A stretch of 64,000 nt of DNA from Cycas panzhihuaensis (lineage: Eukaryota > Plantae > Cycadophyta): contig CM041465.1 of NCBI GenBank assembly GCA_023213395.1, forward strand, positions 101,191,741 through 101,255,740, read 5' to 3'. The position numbers and the translations under genes are program-made. A model generated the notes under the pieces. The model did not search any database, was not told where the DNA came from, and saw nothing but the letters and a program-made list of their open reading frames with translations. Positions 1 to 12,400 of this stretch are shown here, piece by piece (the first letter of the stretch is position 1; each line of letters opens with the position of its first letter).

Positions 1-208
1 CCACCGTTAATGTTGGTAAATTTGTTACAATTCTTCAATGGAGAAGATCGAAGGAAGACCTTGCAGTCTGTATTAGGCCGGTACTTCTTCATGTCCAAGT
101 TGGGGATCCCAATATAGAAATAGCCATTGAAATCTGACGTCCCAATAATAGATATCTCATCTTTGTCAGAATACTCGGCATTCCTGCACAATACGCGTAC
201 CAAGGCTC
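1..208 (-). CDS. Pollen Ole e 1 / PAC-domain protein, exon 2 (continues past the window edge)
   Basis: Open frame GALVRVLCRNAEYSDKDEISIIGTSDFNGYFYIGIPNLDMKKYRPNTDCKVFLRSSPLKNCNKFTNINGG. It carries the conserved Cys residues and the DxNGYF, CKVFLxSSP and TNxNGG motifs. Confidence 0.9.
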
Positions 209-356
209 CTGACGATGATGACATAAAACAAAACAATGTTATATTAAACATTAATAATAGTTGGCGCTGATTGGGAATGGCAGTGGCCATGGGTTATGAA
301 AATGCAAAGCAAATATGAGGGAAAGACACAGATATATGGGGATTCGATCTACTGAC
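209..356 (-). other. GT-AG intron (148 nt, phase 1) of the Ole e 1/PAC gene
   Basis: GTCAGT donor and TCAG acceptor. Splicing restores ...PLAG-ALVRVLC, the usual motif of this family. Confidence 0.85.
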
Positions 357-645
357 CAGCAAGAGGCGTAGCGTAGTCCAAATTAGCGTTGTACTCAGTT
401 GAAGATTTACAGAGTTTGCAGTACACTACTCCCTGTACCGCGACTGATCTGATATGGGAATTATTTCTGTGATAAATATTTTTGTAGTCTTTCGCAGAGG
501 GCGATTTGTCCGAATAGTGTTCCGCTTCGAATCGGGCAATATCGTAAGCAGCGATCGATGTTGGCAGCGCACATAACACGACATAAAATGAGTACAGAGC
601 GGTGGATACGAGAAGGGCGTTGATATAATTTCCGGAGGTAGCCAT
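357..645 (-). CDS. Pollen Ole e 1 / PAC-domain secreted cell-wall protein (AGP30/AGP31-like domain), exon 1
   Basis: ATG at 645 gives a signal-peptide-like MATSGNYINALLVSTALYSFYVVLCALPTSIAA, then VAVQGVVYCKLCK...ATPLAG. The exon ends at donor G|GTCAGT (356). An upstream in-frame ATG at 714 is an alternative start. Confidence 0.85.
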
Positions 646-1032
646 CTGTACCGTTGCAAATTTGACAATGCAGAGATAATCAGAATGCCTCTGTGCGTAG
701 ATAACAACACTCATTCTGTAATTATATCGGTGTCTCTGAGATGGGTACCCATGTGGGTGGGATGCATCGTGCGGGGCAATGATGAGCTTGTGAAAATTTT
801 AATACAGACGTGCGTTGTGGCAGGGATGGTTCTGGTTGCAGGGCCCAAGCATTAATGCCAACGTGCACAGCAAGAATGATTTTGTTTGGATATAAAAATA
901 CGATATAACAAAGATTCCTTGATGTTTGATAAGGTCTAAAATGGACTAGGTAACAGGGACATGCTCCCCTCTACCCTATTATAGCCATAGATGTTTTGTT
1001 TCTGTTTTCTTTTTTCTTTATTTTGTTTTATG

Positions 1033-1053
1033 GAGAGAGAGAGAGAGAGAGAG
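1033..1053. repeat. (GA)n microsatellite
   Basis: About 10 uninterrupted GA units, at the edge of the gene's upstream region. Confidence 0.9.
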
Positions 1054-4000
1054 GAGCTTTTAAGAGGGAAAAAACATCAAACAAATGTTTTTTCTATATT
1101 AACAAAAAATTTTGAAGAAAAACAAATTTGGACAATTAAAGGGTAATACAAACTTATCTCATCGAAGGAGACTATAGACGGTTTGCATTGTATGGATCAA
1201 TTTAGAAAATTTTGTAGTTTCTAATACACATGCTGCTAGCATGTAAGCTTTAACAAATACATATATGTCCACATGAGAATAAGAAAATTTGAGAAAAATG
1301 TTTTTTTAGGTGTTAAACTTCTAAACATGTATACCAAACCTAGGTGTAATGTCATATTATCATTCTCTTACATATGCAATACATAGAGATAAATGCACCT
1401 CACATGCATTTGGCTTAAATGTGCTTGTCATGTTTTAATTCTTCCACTAAATAATAGCTAAGTGCACCTAATAAAAATTGAGATTAAGCATAAGATTATT
1501 GTGCAATCCTATCAAGTAGGGTATGCTCCTATTTTCTTAGAAAAAGTGGTGTCATGTAAAGGAAATAAGACTATTAACAAGATACATTTGAATCTTGTCA
1601 ATTGATATAGCAATAATATTGCTTAAGAATGTCATTTCCAATTGCTCCCAAAATGGGGGGTTGGCTTAAGTGGCACCTACTTATGAGGTGCAAAGATCAT
1701 GTGGCATCAATAAGTGGATTGACAATCCCAATCTTTCTTTCTCCTACCAAAATCTATTTATTTTGTAAGGTTAATAAGAGAAAGAAGGAAATCCATGCAA
1801 CCTTGATCATCTAATTAGGTTAAGTCTCTAAACATGTTGTAGCCATAAGTGTTTGCTTAATTGCAAGTTTTCATAGTTTTTCTTTTGCTTTCAATTTTAT
1901 TAGAGTTATTTCATTTCCTTTTAAATAAAGAAAGGATCAAAGGAATGTCTTCTTATATTAATAATCCTATTTAGACAAAAATAAATTTGGAAATTTAAAA
2001 AATAATACAAGCATTATAACCTTTAAATGGCTTAATGTACCTCACACATCTCAACTCAAGACCTAGAGCAGGAGTTCCAGGCCAAGAAGGAAGTCCAACA
2101 ACTTCTTCTTGAGGATACTCATACATCTGCAAGGATGTGAGTATGGGGACACAGGATGACTTAAGTTGATGAAAGAGGGAGTGCCTAAATAATAAGGCAA
2201 AAAGGGAGGCTAATAAGCAAATCCAAACTAGCTAAGTTATGTTAAGCATATGATCAACATGTAGCTAAACAAATATGCAAACTAGTATATCAAAGAATAA
2301 AAGAAAAGAAAAAAATCACAAACTGACTTTAAAAAGCCTCCTTTGAAGAAGCAAATAGTACCTAGGAAAGGTCCTCATAACCAAGAAGGTCATTAGGGCA
2401 TGAATGCCTTAAATGATGACAAATACCTACAAACCTATCCTAAGAACTAATTCCCTCTAAAGGAGACTAACCTCTCCTTATCCCAGCCTCTAGACACCAT
2501 TATATGTCGAGCTAATCTAAAGACAAATGAAGCACTAATAAGAAAAGAGATGAAAAATGAATTAGACATGTTGCCTATTAAAAGTGTATTTTATGATAGT
2601 CTAGAATACCTTAAGGAAATCCTTCAGTATTTGCTTGTGTAAGCTAACATAACATAAAACTAGTCATAGGAATTCTTAGATAGATAAAATCCACTATTAA
2701 ATTTTATGAATCCTCTCAAGTGATTCTTGATTAGGATGCTAAAGTTTAATGGTCTTCACAAAAAAATTCTCAAAATCTATGTCTAGCTCCACTTAGGATG
2801 AAGATTTTGAGGCAAAGATTTGCCATGATGTAAGAACACTAAAAGGTAAGAATTGTCATCTGCTAATCCCATGCTATAGTATAATGACAAAGTGTAAATA
2901 AATAACCATTTATTATGAAAGTGATCTAAATCATCAAAAATGCAAATAAAACATAATTAGAGAGCCTTATTATGCATTATATAATTCCTAGTAATGCATA
3001 ACACTCAAATGACAAGAAAAGAAGGAGATCATCGGAAATTGTAAAATTTTACATTTAAGTTGGATGAAATAAGAAAGCCCTTCTTATACAACCATATCGC
3101 TTATGCTTTATCAAAAAATCTCTTAATGAAAGAATGACAATATTGGTTGTATAATCATCACATTCTTGATCATTAAGAAAATGAAGCACAACAAAAAAAA
3201 ACATGATGGGAACTAAGTGTGCTACCCAATACATTTTTCTAATACTTAAAACAATATGATTTTATAATAAGGCTAAAACCTATTAGCATTAATGTACTTA
3301 CTAAAAGTGTTCTAACACTCAGATGTATTATCTTCCCTTCTTTAGATCTCCTTCACATCACATGACATAACTCAACATTTTCACCTAGAATCCCTCCTTT
3401 ATCAATTCAAGAAAATCTTGTCTTGATGAAGTCTACAATTTTAGAAAGAATAGCAAATAATTACTAAAATCAACTCTAGACCAAAAGTCCCAAAAAGTAA
3501 AAGTCTCTTTAGAGAAACCCCTCGAAAACAACCAACCAACCCCTAAACTCATCAACTCTTCCTCCTCTTATAAATCCACTAATATTAACACTTCTCTAAT
3601 TATTGCACTATGAACATCCCTACCAATTGTGTAAGTGGCACCATAGTTACCAAGATCCTCGAGTTTAGTGAAGTTATTGTAAGAACATAGCTAGGAAATA
3701 AGAGAGTCATTTAGTTGTCAATCATTTGATCATAATTATACCTAGTTCTATTATTTAACTATTGAAGTGGTCTAATCAATGCCATGTCTAATCTATAAAT
3801 ACATGACTTAAAGAATCATGGGATTAATTAGCTCTAAATGACCCTCTTCCTTATATAGTTTTTCTCTGATCTCATCAAGTTTATACTACTGGGATTTTAG
3901 CAAACCTTTTAGAAAATTCTGGTATACATTCTAGTCTCAGACCTATTGCTTAGCTTCAGCTATTAATTTTTTAAACTCATGTCTTTCCATTATAGATCCC

Positions 4001-4922
4001 TAATTCATTATAGAGATATCAAGAAAGGTTATTGAGGGAAAGAATTTTTTGAAGGTATAATTCACAACCTTTTTAAGTCCTTCTAATACGATAGTGATCA
4101 TTTTACACTACTCTACTCCTAAATCCAGTACATACTACCACTTTAGGAGAAAGTTTACATGCCTTTACTTATTTTGAATTGTTTTCAATGTCCCTTCCAT
4201 TTGAAACTTAGAGAACTCACCCTCAGGCTGCAATTCCATAGCATAAGTGTTATGGATCTTGTTAGTTATAGTTCTTAGGGCCTAGGCTTAATTATGCAAA
4301 GAGAAATTTTTTTGGGGGAAATTCTAGGTTTGAGATCTTATAAGGCCTTTCTCCTTGATGTTCATTTCTATATACATTCTATTAAACTTAAGACTCTATT
4401 AGTCACTACTATACTATTAATCCATTGATTATCCTCAAATTTATAAGATCTAGAGTTGCATCTTTGGTAATATTTACTAGTTATACTTGATCTTATCTAA
4501 CCTCTGATTTAATACCATATTTCCTTCTCTAATGGTGGTATTCTCCTTCATCACTTATTACAATTAAATCTATAGTGCTAATACTTTATCTTTCACCACT
4601 TTCCGTGTAACTATATGTAAATCTATAGATTTAAGTGCAGTATCATCTTAGGTAGACTAGGTAGAAGATTTTGTCACCTTATTGCCATTTATTATTATTT
4701 TCTTGATGCTTCTCTCCTTTTTATTCTAATGATAAAATATTTCCTTGACCTCTTCATCAAAGGTTGTCAATAGGTTAGGAATGAAATCTAGTCTTCTATT
4801 TTTTTATTTGCTCCATAACCTAAGGATTTATTGTTATCTCCCTTTTTAAGATGACTACTGGTATTTTATTCTCTTCTTAATCTCTCCTTGGTTTAAGATT
4901 GATCTTCCTTATATCAAACTAT

Positions 4923-5556
4923 TGTTGAGAATACAAGGTCCCAAACCTTAAACCGCCATAAGATCTGAACTATTTTGCAACTAGTTACAGGAATCAAAAC
5001 TAAGATTTAACATGCAAGTTCTAAAATCAGAGATAATACAATAACATCAATATACAAGCTAAACATCACATATGCACCTGATATAACGTGGTAAAACCCT
5101 AACAGTGTGTTAGGGAAACATCCACACAGGAAAGGTATCAATCTTTATTGTTGTAGAATGGAGAAACAATATATCTCAATAGTAGAGTGCTCCTAGGAAC
5201 AACAACCAACTGCCGCCCTCATCACAGTACATTACATTATATACAACATAATAAGAAAAGCCCTAAAATGGGCTATAAGAGAGGGACATCCAAGGCATGA
5301 ATCTCAACCGTAGAATCTAGGGTATTTGTATCGAATGACCATGATTCTCTTTACATTTTAATATGGTTTATAAGCCTAATATTTCAAGTCGGGGGCTATC
5401 ACCCACGAACCCCCTCTTAGCGGGGGGCATTCCACGCCCCCCACACCCCCTAGGCAAGGGGGGCTCCCGCCCCCCTTAGAACCCCCGAGAAAGATTAAGA
5501 GGGGAAATCACACCGAAAACACACCAAAATTTTAGCCTTAAACTATTGTTATCACA
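4923..5556 (-). repeat. Copia-1 3' LTR (634 bp)
   Basis: Direct repeat of 9588-10186. PPT AGGGTGGAGAT (minus strand) is adjacent at 5557-5567. Confidence 0.95.
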
Positions 5557-5613
5557 ATCTCCACCCTGACAATAATTTACCTGGTACCTTTCCTAGACCC
5601 TTCATCATCTTTT

Positions 5614-8600
5614 CTATAAGCCAAGAGAAGTCAAATACCATTTGAACTTCTCTACTGGTATTGGTTTTGTAAATATATTAGCATAATTCTGATTGGTGTG
5701 AATCTTCTCAAGTGCCACTCCACCTGCTTCCACAACCTGTCTAACAAAATGGTACTTAAGAGAAATATGCTTTGTTCTACTGTGATAAGCCGTATTCTTA
5801 GCTAAGTAAATGGTACTTTGACTGTCACAAAATGCCTTTACATTTTCCTGTCTCCTTCCAAGCTCAACCAATAGACCCTATAACCAGATTGCTTCTTTAC
5901 AAGCATGTGCTACAAGAATATATTCGGTTTACGTGGTTGTGATATAATTGTGCTCTGTAATTTGGACATCCAACTAACTGGACCATTTGCAAGAGTGAAA
6001 ACATAACCTGAAGTAGACCTTCTTTTGTCTAAATCTCCTGCAAAGTCTAAATCAACATATCTACAAACTTTATTACCTATACCTCCAAAGGTAATATAGT
6101 AGTCACTTATGCCTCTCAAATATCGAAGCATCCATTTCACTGCAGCCCAATGTTCCTTCCCTGGATTTGCCATAAACTTGCTAACTACATTGACTACATT
6201 TGAAATATCAGTTCTTATACATACTATGGCATACATCAAACTTCCTACTATAATGGCATAAGACACACAAGACATATAAACCTTTTCTTCTTCACTACTA
6301 GGACTCATATTCGAAGAAAGCTTGAAGTGTGAAGCCAATGGGATACTCATTGGTTTCACATTTGCCATACCAAACCTGGTTAGCACCTTCTCCACATATT
6401 TCTGTTGTGATAACCATAGCTTACCATTTTTCCTGTCTCTGTGTATCTCCATGCTTAAGATTTATTTTATAGCTCCTAGATCCTTCATATCAAAAGTGCT
6501 AGCTAATTGAGCCTTTAGCTTATTGATTTCTTCCATGCTCTTACTTGCAACCAACATGTCATCAACATATAATACCAAGATAATGAATAAGCCATTGTCC
6601 ATAAATTTAAAGTAAATACAATGATCATACTCATTTTTTTTTAAATTTTGGCTCTCCATGAAGGCATCAAACTTCTTGTACCACTGCCTAGGTGATTGCT
6701 TTAGGCTATATAATTATTTCCTAAGCCTACAAACAAGTCTTTTTCTGCTATCCTGTACTAACCCTTCTGGTTGATCCATATAGATCTCCTCATCTAAATC
6801 TCTATGTAGAAAAGTTATTTTTGCATCTAACTGTTCTAGCCCCAAATCAAGAGAAGCTATTAATGCTAACAGCACTTAAATTAAAATAATTTTGACAATT
6901 GGGGAAAATGTCTCATGAAAGTCAATACTTGCTTTCTGTACATAGCCTTTAGCCACCAATCTTACCCTGTATTTGTCAACCTTTCCATCAACATCTGTTT
7001 TCTTTTTGAAAACTCACCTGCAACTAACAGATCTTCCTACCATGTGGAAGTTCTACCAAGTCCCATGAATTATTTTTCTTCAAAGCATTTATCTCTTCCT
7101 GCATAGCCCTTTTCCACTTCTCACCATGGATATCATCTACTGCTTCCTGATAACATGTGGGCTAACCATCATTAGAAACCAAAACAATAGAAATAGAAGG
7201 GTTGTATATGTCAGGTGGATGACTAACTTGTGTAGATCTTCTAACTGTTGGCAGAGGAGTGTCCACATACTCCTGTAAATCTGCTACCGATTCATCTTCA
7301 GAAAGATCTTCCTGCTCTTCTGATTCCACATATGGCTATATTTCAAACTTGACTTGATGATGTTCAGCTTGCTGCTCCTGTTTCATTTCAACTTCTTCAC
7401 TATCTAATTTTACAAGGGGAGATTCGTTAAATACAACATCTCTATTAATGGTGATTTTGTAGGCAGTAGGATCCCACAACCTGTATCCCTTCACACCATC
7501 CTTATCACCATAACAAACAAAGATATATCTCTTGGATTTTGGGTCTAACTTTGAACATTTACTTTTGTCAGTCCAGGCATAAGCATCACAACTAAAAACT
7601 TTTAAATTTGAATAATCACATGGATGTTTAGTCCATACCTCTTCAGGAATCTTGTAATCTATTGCAAGTGATGGTGACATGTTTACTAAATAGCAAGCTA
7701 TTTAAACAGCTTCTGCCCACAAGCCCTATTCCACTCCTACATTACTTAGCATGCTTCTTAATCTTTCTAAGAGTGTCCTATTCATATGCTCAATAATGTC
7801 GTTTTACTGCAGAGTATAGCTAGTGGTCTTGTGTCTTTCGATCCCAGCTTCTTTGCAATAGTTCTCAAATTCCAAAGAGTTGAACTCACCTCCATTGTCA
7901 GTTCTTAAACATTTGATTGTTTTACCAGTGTTGTTCTCAAGTAGAGCCTTAAACTGCTTAAACACACTAAACACTTCATATTTCTTTTTCAAAAAGTAGA
8001 CCCATACCTTCCTAGAGTAATCATCTATAAATATGACTAAATACAATGATCCTTCATAAGATATTTTAGGGGTTGGTCCCCATACATCTGAATGTATGTA
8101 ATCTAGAATACCTTTACTAGTGTGACTCCCTACTTTAAACCTGAGTCTACATTATTTTCTAAAAACATAATGTTTACAGAAAGCCAAATCTGAAACTGTA
8201 AGTTAGGAAGCAACTTATAGTTTATTGGCACCTTAAGTCCTTTCTCACTCATGTTCCCAAGTCTCATATGCCATAACTGAGCTGAATCTTCTATTGTAGT
8301 TGCTTGGCTGACTTCTGTACTTCCCACTAAAATATAAAGATTTCATTTCTTTAAGGCTTTCATAACAACCAAGGCGCCCTTTGACACCTTTAGGACTCTT
8401 TCATGACCTATATGCTTAAAACCACTTGAATCTAATTCACCCAAGAAAATTAGATTCTTTTTTAAATTAGGTACATGTCTAACCTCAGTTAATGTTCTAA
8501 CTACCCCATCGAACATCTTAATTCTGATGCTATCAATGCCCATTATCTTACAAGAAACTTCATTTCCCATAAGCACATCACCACCATTAAGAGCTTGGTA

Positions 8601-9516
8601 TGATGAGAACCAACTCTTGTGTGGACACATGTGGTGCGAAGTACCTAAATCTAATAACCAGTCATGGTGATAATGAGAAACATTACAAGCAAGTAAGACA
8701 TCATCATCCATACCTTGATTTGACTCCACCCGATTCACCTCCTTGGCAGGATCTTCCTTTTTCTGGAACTCCTTCCTTTTGTAACAATACTTCTTGAGGT
8801 GACTGGTCTTATTACAATGCCAACACCTGAGCTTACTCTTTTTGCTCTTTGACTTAGACCTCGATGTATCCCTAGAGTTTTATCCTCTCAAACATTCTAC
8901 CCCTTACTGTCATGGCTTTTGGTCTGGAGGTTTCAAAACTAGATTTCCTCTACACTTCTTCCATTAGCAAAGCACTCACAACAGAATCATAATCCAATAC
9001 ATCTATAGTGCTAAAACTAATTGAGGTGACAATATTATCCTAGGATTCGGGTAATGAGCATAATAAGGTAACAGCCTTATCCTCATCCTCAATTTTAACA
9101 TCGATACTAGTCAACTGACAAATAAGAGTATTGAAAACATTTAAATGGTTAGTAATTTTTGTACCTTCCTTCATTTATAATGAGTAGAGTTGCCTCTTTA
9201 GGTAGATTTAATTCATTACTTATTTGGTCATATATAGGCCTTCCAACTGGGTCCATAATCCTACTATTATCTCTTCCCCTGCGATGTTAAACAAGACTTC
9301 ATCTGCCAAGCACAATCGTATTATGCTAAGTGCCTTTTTGTCTAAGTCATCCCAATCATCATTGTCCATCCCTTTGGGTTTCTTCGATTTACCTGCAAGG
9401 GCTTTGTACAAACCCTGTTGTACAAGAATATCATACACTTTTAGCTTCCACAACTCGAAGTTATTCTTACCATTGAATTTCTCCACCTCAAACTTTGCAC
9501 CTGCTAGTTTCACCAT
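5614..9516 (-). pseudogene. Copia-1 gag-pol (fragmented)
   Basis: PR WLLDLGTSHHM, GAG-pre-integrase LWHMRLG, INT FIDDYSR/LRTDNGGEF, RT LYVDDML, RH YVDLDFAGD/CDSQS/ANIFTK. Several stops and frameshifts. Confidence 0.95.
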
Positions 9517-9572
9517 TTTGGTGTAGAAAAGATGACACCAAAACCTTCATAGACTCGTTATAAAACAAAAGT

Positions 9573-9585
9573 GGCTCTGATACCA
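9573..9585 (-). other. Copia-1 primer binding site (tRNA-iMet)
   Basis: Minus strand TGGTATCAGAGCC, 2 nt from the 5' LTR. Confidence 0.95.
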
Positions 9586-9587
9586 CT

Positions 9588-10186
9588 TGTTGAGAATACA
9601 AGGTCCTAAACCTTAATCCACCATAAGATCTGGACTATTTTACAACTAGTTACAGGAATCGAAACTAAGATTTAATATGCAAGTTCTAAAATCAGAGATA
9701 ATATAATAACATCAATATACAAGCTAAACATCATATATGCACCTGATATAACGTGGTAAAACCCTAGCAGTGTGCTAGGGAAACATCCACACAGGAAAGG
9801 TATCGATATTTATTATTGTAGAATGGAGAAATAGTACATCTCAGTAGTAGAGTGCTCTTAGGAACAATAACCAGTTACTGCACTCATCATAGTACATTAC
9901 ATTACATATAACATAATAAGAAAAGCCCTAAAACGGGCTATATGAGAGGGACATCCAAGGCATGAATCTCAACCATAGAATTTAGGGTATTTGTATTAAA
10001 CAACCTTGATTCTCTTTACATTTTAATATGGTTTACAGGGCTAATTTTTCAGGTTGGGGGCTATTGCCCCCGAACCTCCCCGCCAAGGGGGGCTCACGCC
10101 CCCCTTGGAACCCCCCAAGAAATATTAGGGGGGGAAACCGCGCCGAAAACACACCAAAACTTTAGCCTTAAACTATTGTTATTACA
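9588..10186 (-). repeat. Copia-1 5' LTR (599 bp)
   Basis: TGTTGAGAATAC...ATTACA. About 35 bp shorter than its partner in the GC-rich block. Confidence 0.95.
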
Positions 10187-12400
10187 ATATCCAATAACTA
10201 TGGGGATTGTAGAGAATATTCTAATTATAAGCTATGGACTATTTATTGTTTAATATGTTCATCATAGATTCCCACATCATCCATGATAGGTATGTCTATA
10301 TCCTTTATAGAATAATCAACCTCATGAAGTATTTATTCTATCTTACTTATAACTTCTTCCCCTTTCAATCCTGCAACTTCTATTATTTTCTTGATTGTCT
10401 CCATTACCTTGAATTGTTATTGGGGTAATATGGCCATTTCTTAAGCCTGAGTTGGTTCCTTATTAATAAGTTGAGTCTTAACATATGTTGTTACTCCCTT
10501 TTCAATAGGATCAACTAGTTTTGGGGCTTTAATAGTATCTTGTATTTGTATTTTGGGAATTTCTCCTTACTCTACTTTTGCGAATTCTACGTCCTTTATG
10601 CCTCCTTATAGTGTTGCTAAGTCTAATACCTATGGCATGGGTGTGGTTATAAATGGGTTGAAGATTAGAATAAGAGGTATCTTAGGTTGTTTCCCCTTTA
10701 CATCTATAGTAGGGGTAACAATTGTTTGAGTCTTCACTTCTTTAGTCATGCCTTTAGATCCCTTTTTCCTTTTTTCACTATGGGACTTTATAACTTTGAA
10801 TCTATGGTAATAAGGGATGGTGTAATAGATGAAGAAAAGGATATTGAAACTTTTCTTTTTTTCTTACTCTACTCTTTTTCTCATAATTTCTCAAGCTTCT
10901 CAATCGCTTTTCTTTTCTTACTTTATTCATACTATTTGGCTATCATTTCTGCTTCTTTCTCCCTTACTTTTTCCACTTGATAAACACTTATAGAGGCTTG
11001 GATATTTGGCATTGTATCTTGATAAAACATATATTTGAAAGGGCATCTTTTATCTTCATCATCCTAATGTCAGAAATCCTTAAGACCATTAGGTTGATGA
11101 ACTTCTAAAGTCATCTTGATATTTTTCATATAATTGGATATAATATCATCAAGGTCATAATATTTGGGTGATGTCTTCCTTAGATTGTTGACTTCCAAAC
11201 ATTTCTCATCTTGATCAATCTTAGAACATAAGCTCATTTTCTAATATCTAATAGCTAGGTCTCTAGATTACAAAGGAGTTTTTTAAGCATTAGTATATAG
11301 TACCCCTTTTATATATGATAATTGTCTGGATATTTCCATAAAAAAAAACTTAGGAGGGAGAGTATAATAGCAAATAGAATTTTGACCCCTAAAAATCATG
11401 CAATCATATTAAAACATAGTCTTTGAGAAAATAGTAATAACCATAAGTAATGTCATCTTTCCCTCCTAGATAAACCTTGATATCCCCATCAATTCTAACT
11501 AGAGGATAAATATTGGTGATGACAACCACATAAAAATTCTTGACCCACACAAGTAGATGTAAAAGGATATTTTGCTTTCCCATGACTTTGCATACTAGAA
11601 TTGAATTAGTGCATTCTCTATTTCAAGCTTGGGAAGAAAAGCAGGGAATTCCATGGTTCCTAATATAATATAAATTAAATAGAAAGGCATAGAGAATTAT
11701 ATACCTTGATGTAATCCACAAAGTTATTTTTATAATGGTCTAGCTTAGAATCTCTTCCCACTATAGTAAAAAAAACTTTGTTTAAATATTTTACGATGAT
11801 AAAATCACTTATCAAGTGTAATTGAGTATCATCATTGAAGTTGAAAATCCTTGATAAGAGTTAATTTTACATTCTAATATCATCTTTAAAAAGGTGTGTC
11901 TTATGTGTTTCTCTCTTCATGACCCTTTTAGGTCAATCGTTGTATCATTCTTCCATGTCCTTTGTAATCTCTTTATCATTTGAAACCATCCTCTATAGCT
12001 TTGCTACATCATAGGCTATATTCAACTTAGGTTGCCTAAAGATATCTTTAAAATGTTTGGTGGTTAAGTTGGCAATGATTTGGCCATTTATTACAATAAT
12101 CACTTTATCTTCTCAACCCACAAACAACAAACATCTTAGGGATAAAAAAATCCTATCTACATTGTAATTCCACACTGCACTGTTGTTGCTTTTACTATCT
12201 AAACATAACTAAGAATTTGATCATAATAGATGAACCTCGGTATCTTCAATGACTAGAATTTTGTCACTTTTGATTTGAGAGAATATCAAGAAAATGGATC
12301 GTATGCTATGAAACCTAGCTTCCTTCTCTATAACATAGAAAATAAATCTATAGGAAAATGAGTAAGTTAAAATTCCAAGCTAAGATCTACTCTGAAAATG
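10187..12400 (-). pseudogene. Degenerate accessory ORF downstream of gypsy integrase (sense orientation), probably continuing at ~4922-3780
   Basis: Long in-frame stretches with scattered nonsense codons: EDKVIIVINGQIIANLTTKHFKDIFRQP...FKDDIRM*N*LLSRIFNF... and FSMPFYLIYIILGTMEFPAFLPKLEIENALIQF*YAKSWESK. No gag/pol motifs seen. Confidence 0.45.

Larger units (their letters stand above)
4923..10186 (-). mobile_element. Copia-1: full-length, decayed Ty1/copia LTR retrotransposon (Tnt1/Tork-like)
   Basis: Two TG...CA LTRs, an iMet PBS and a PPT, with domains in gag-PR-INT-RT-RH order. Gag starts AKFEVEKFNGKNNFELWKLK. No clean TSD (ACTAT vs ATATC). Confidence 0.95.

Noticed and set aside
4918-4922. 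Target site duplication for copia-1
   Set aside because: Left ACTAT does not match right ATATC; at best 3 of 4 bases match.
11660-11704. 45-nt GT-AG segment in the old accessory ORF
   Set aside because: It translates in frame as plausible protein (FSMPFYLIYIIL) and is too short; treated as coding.
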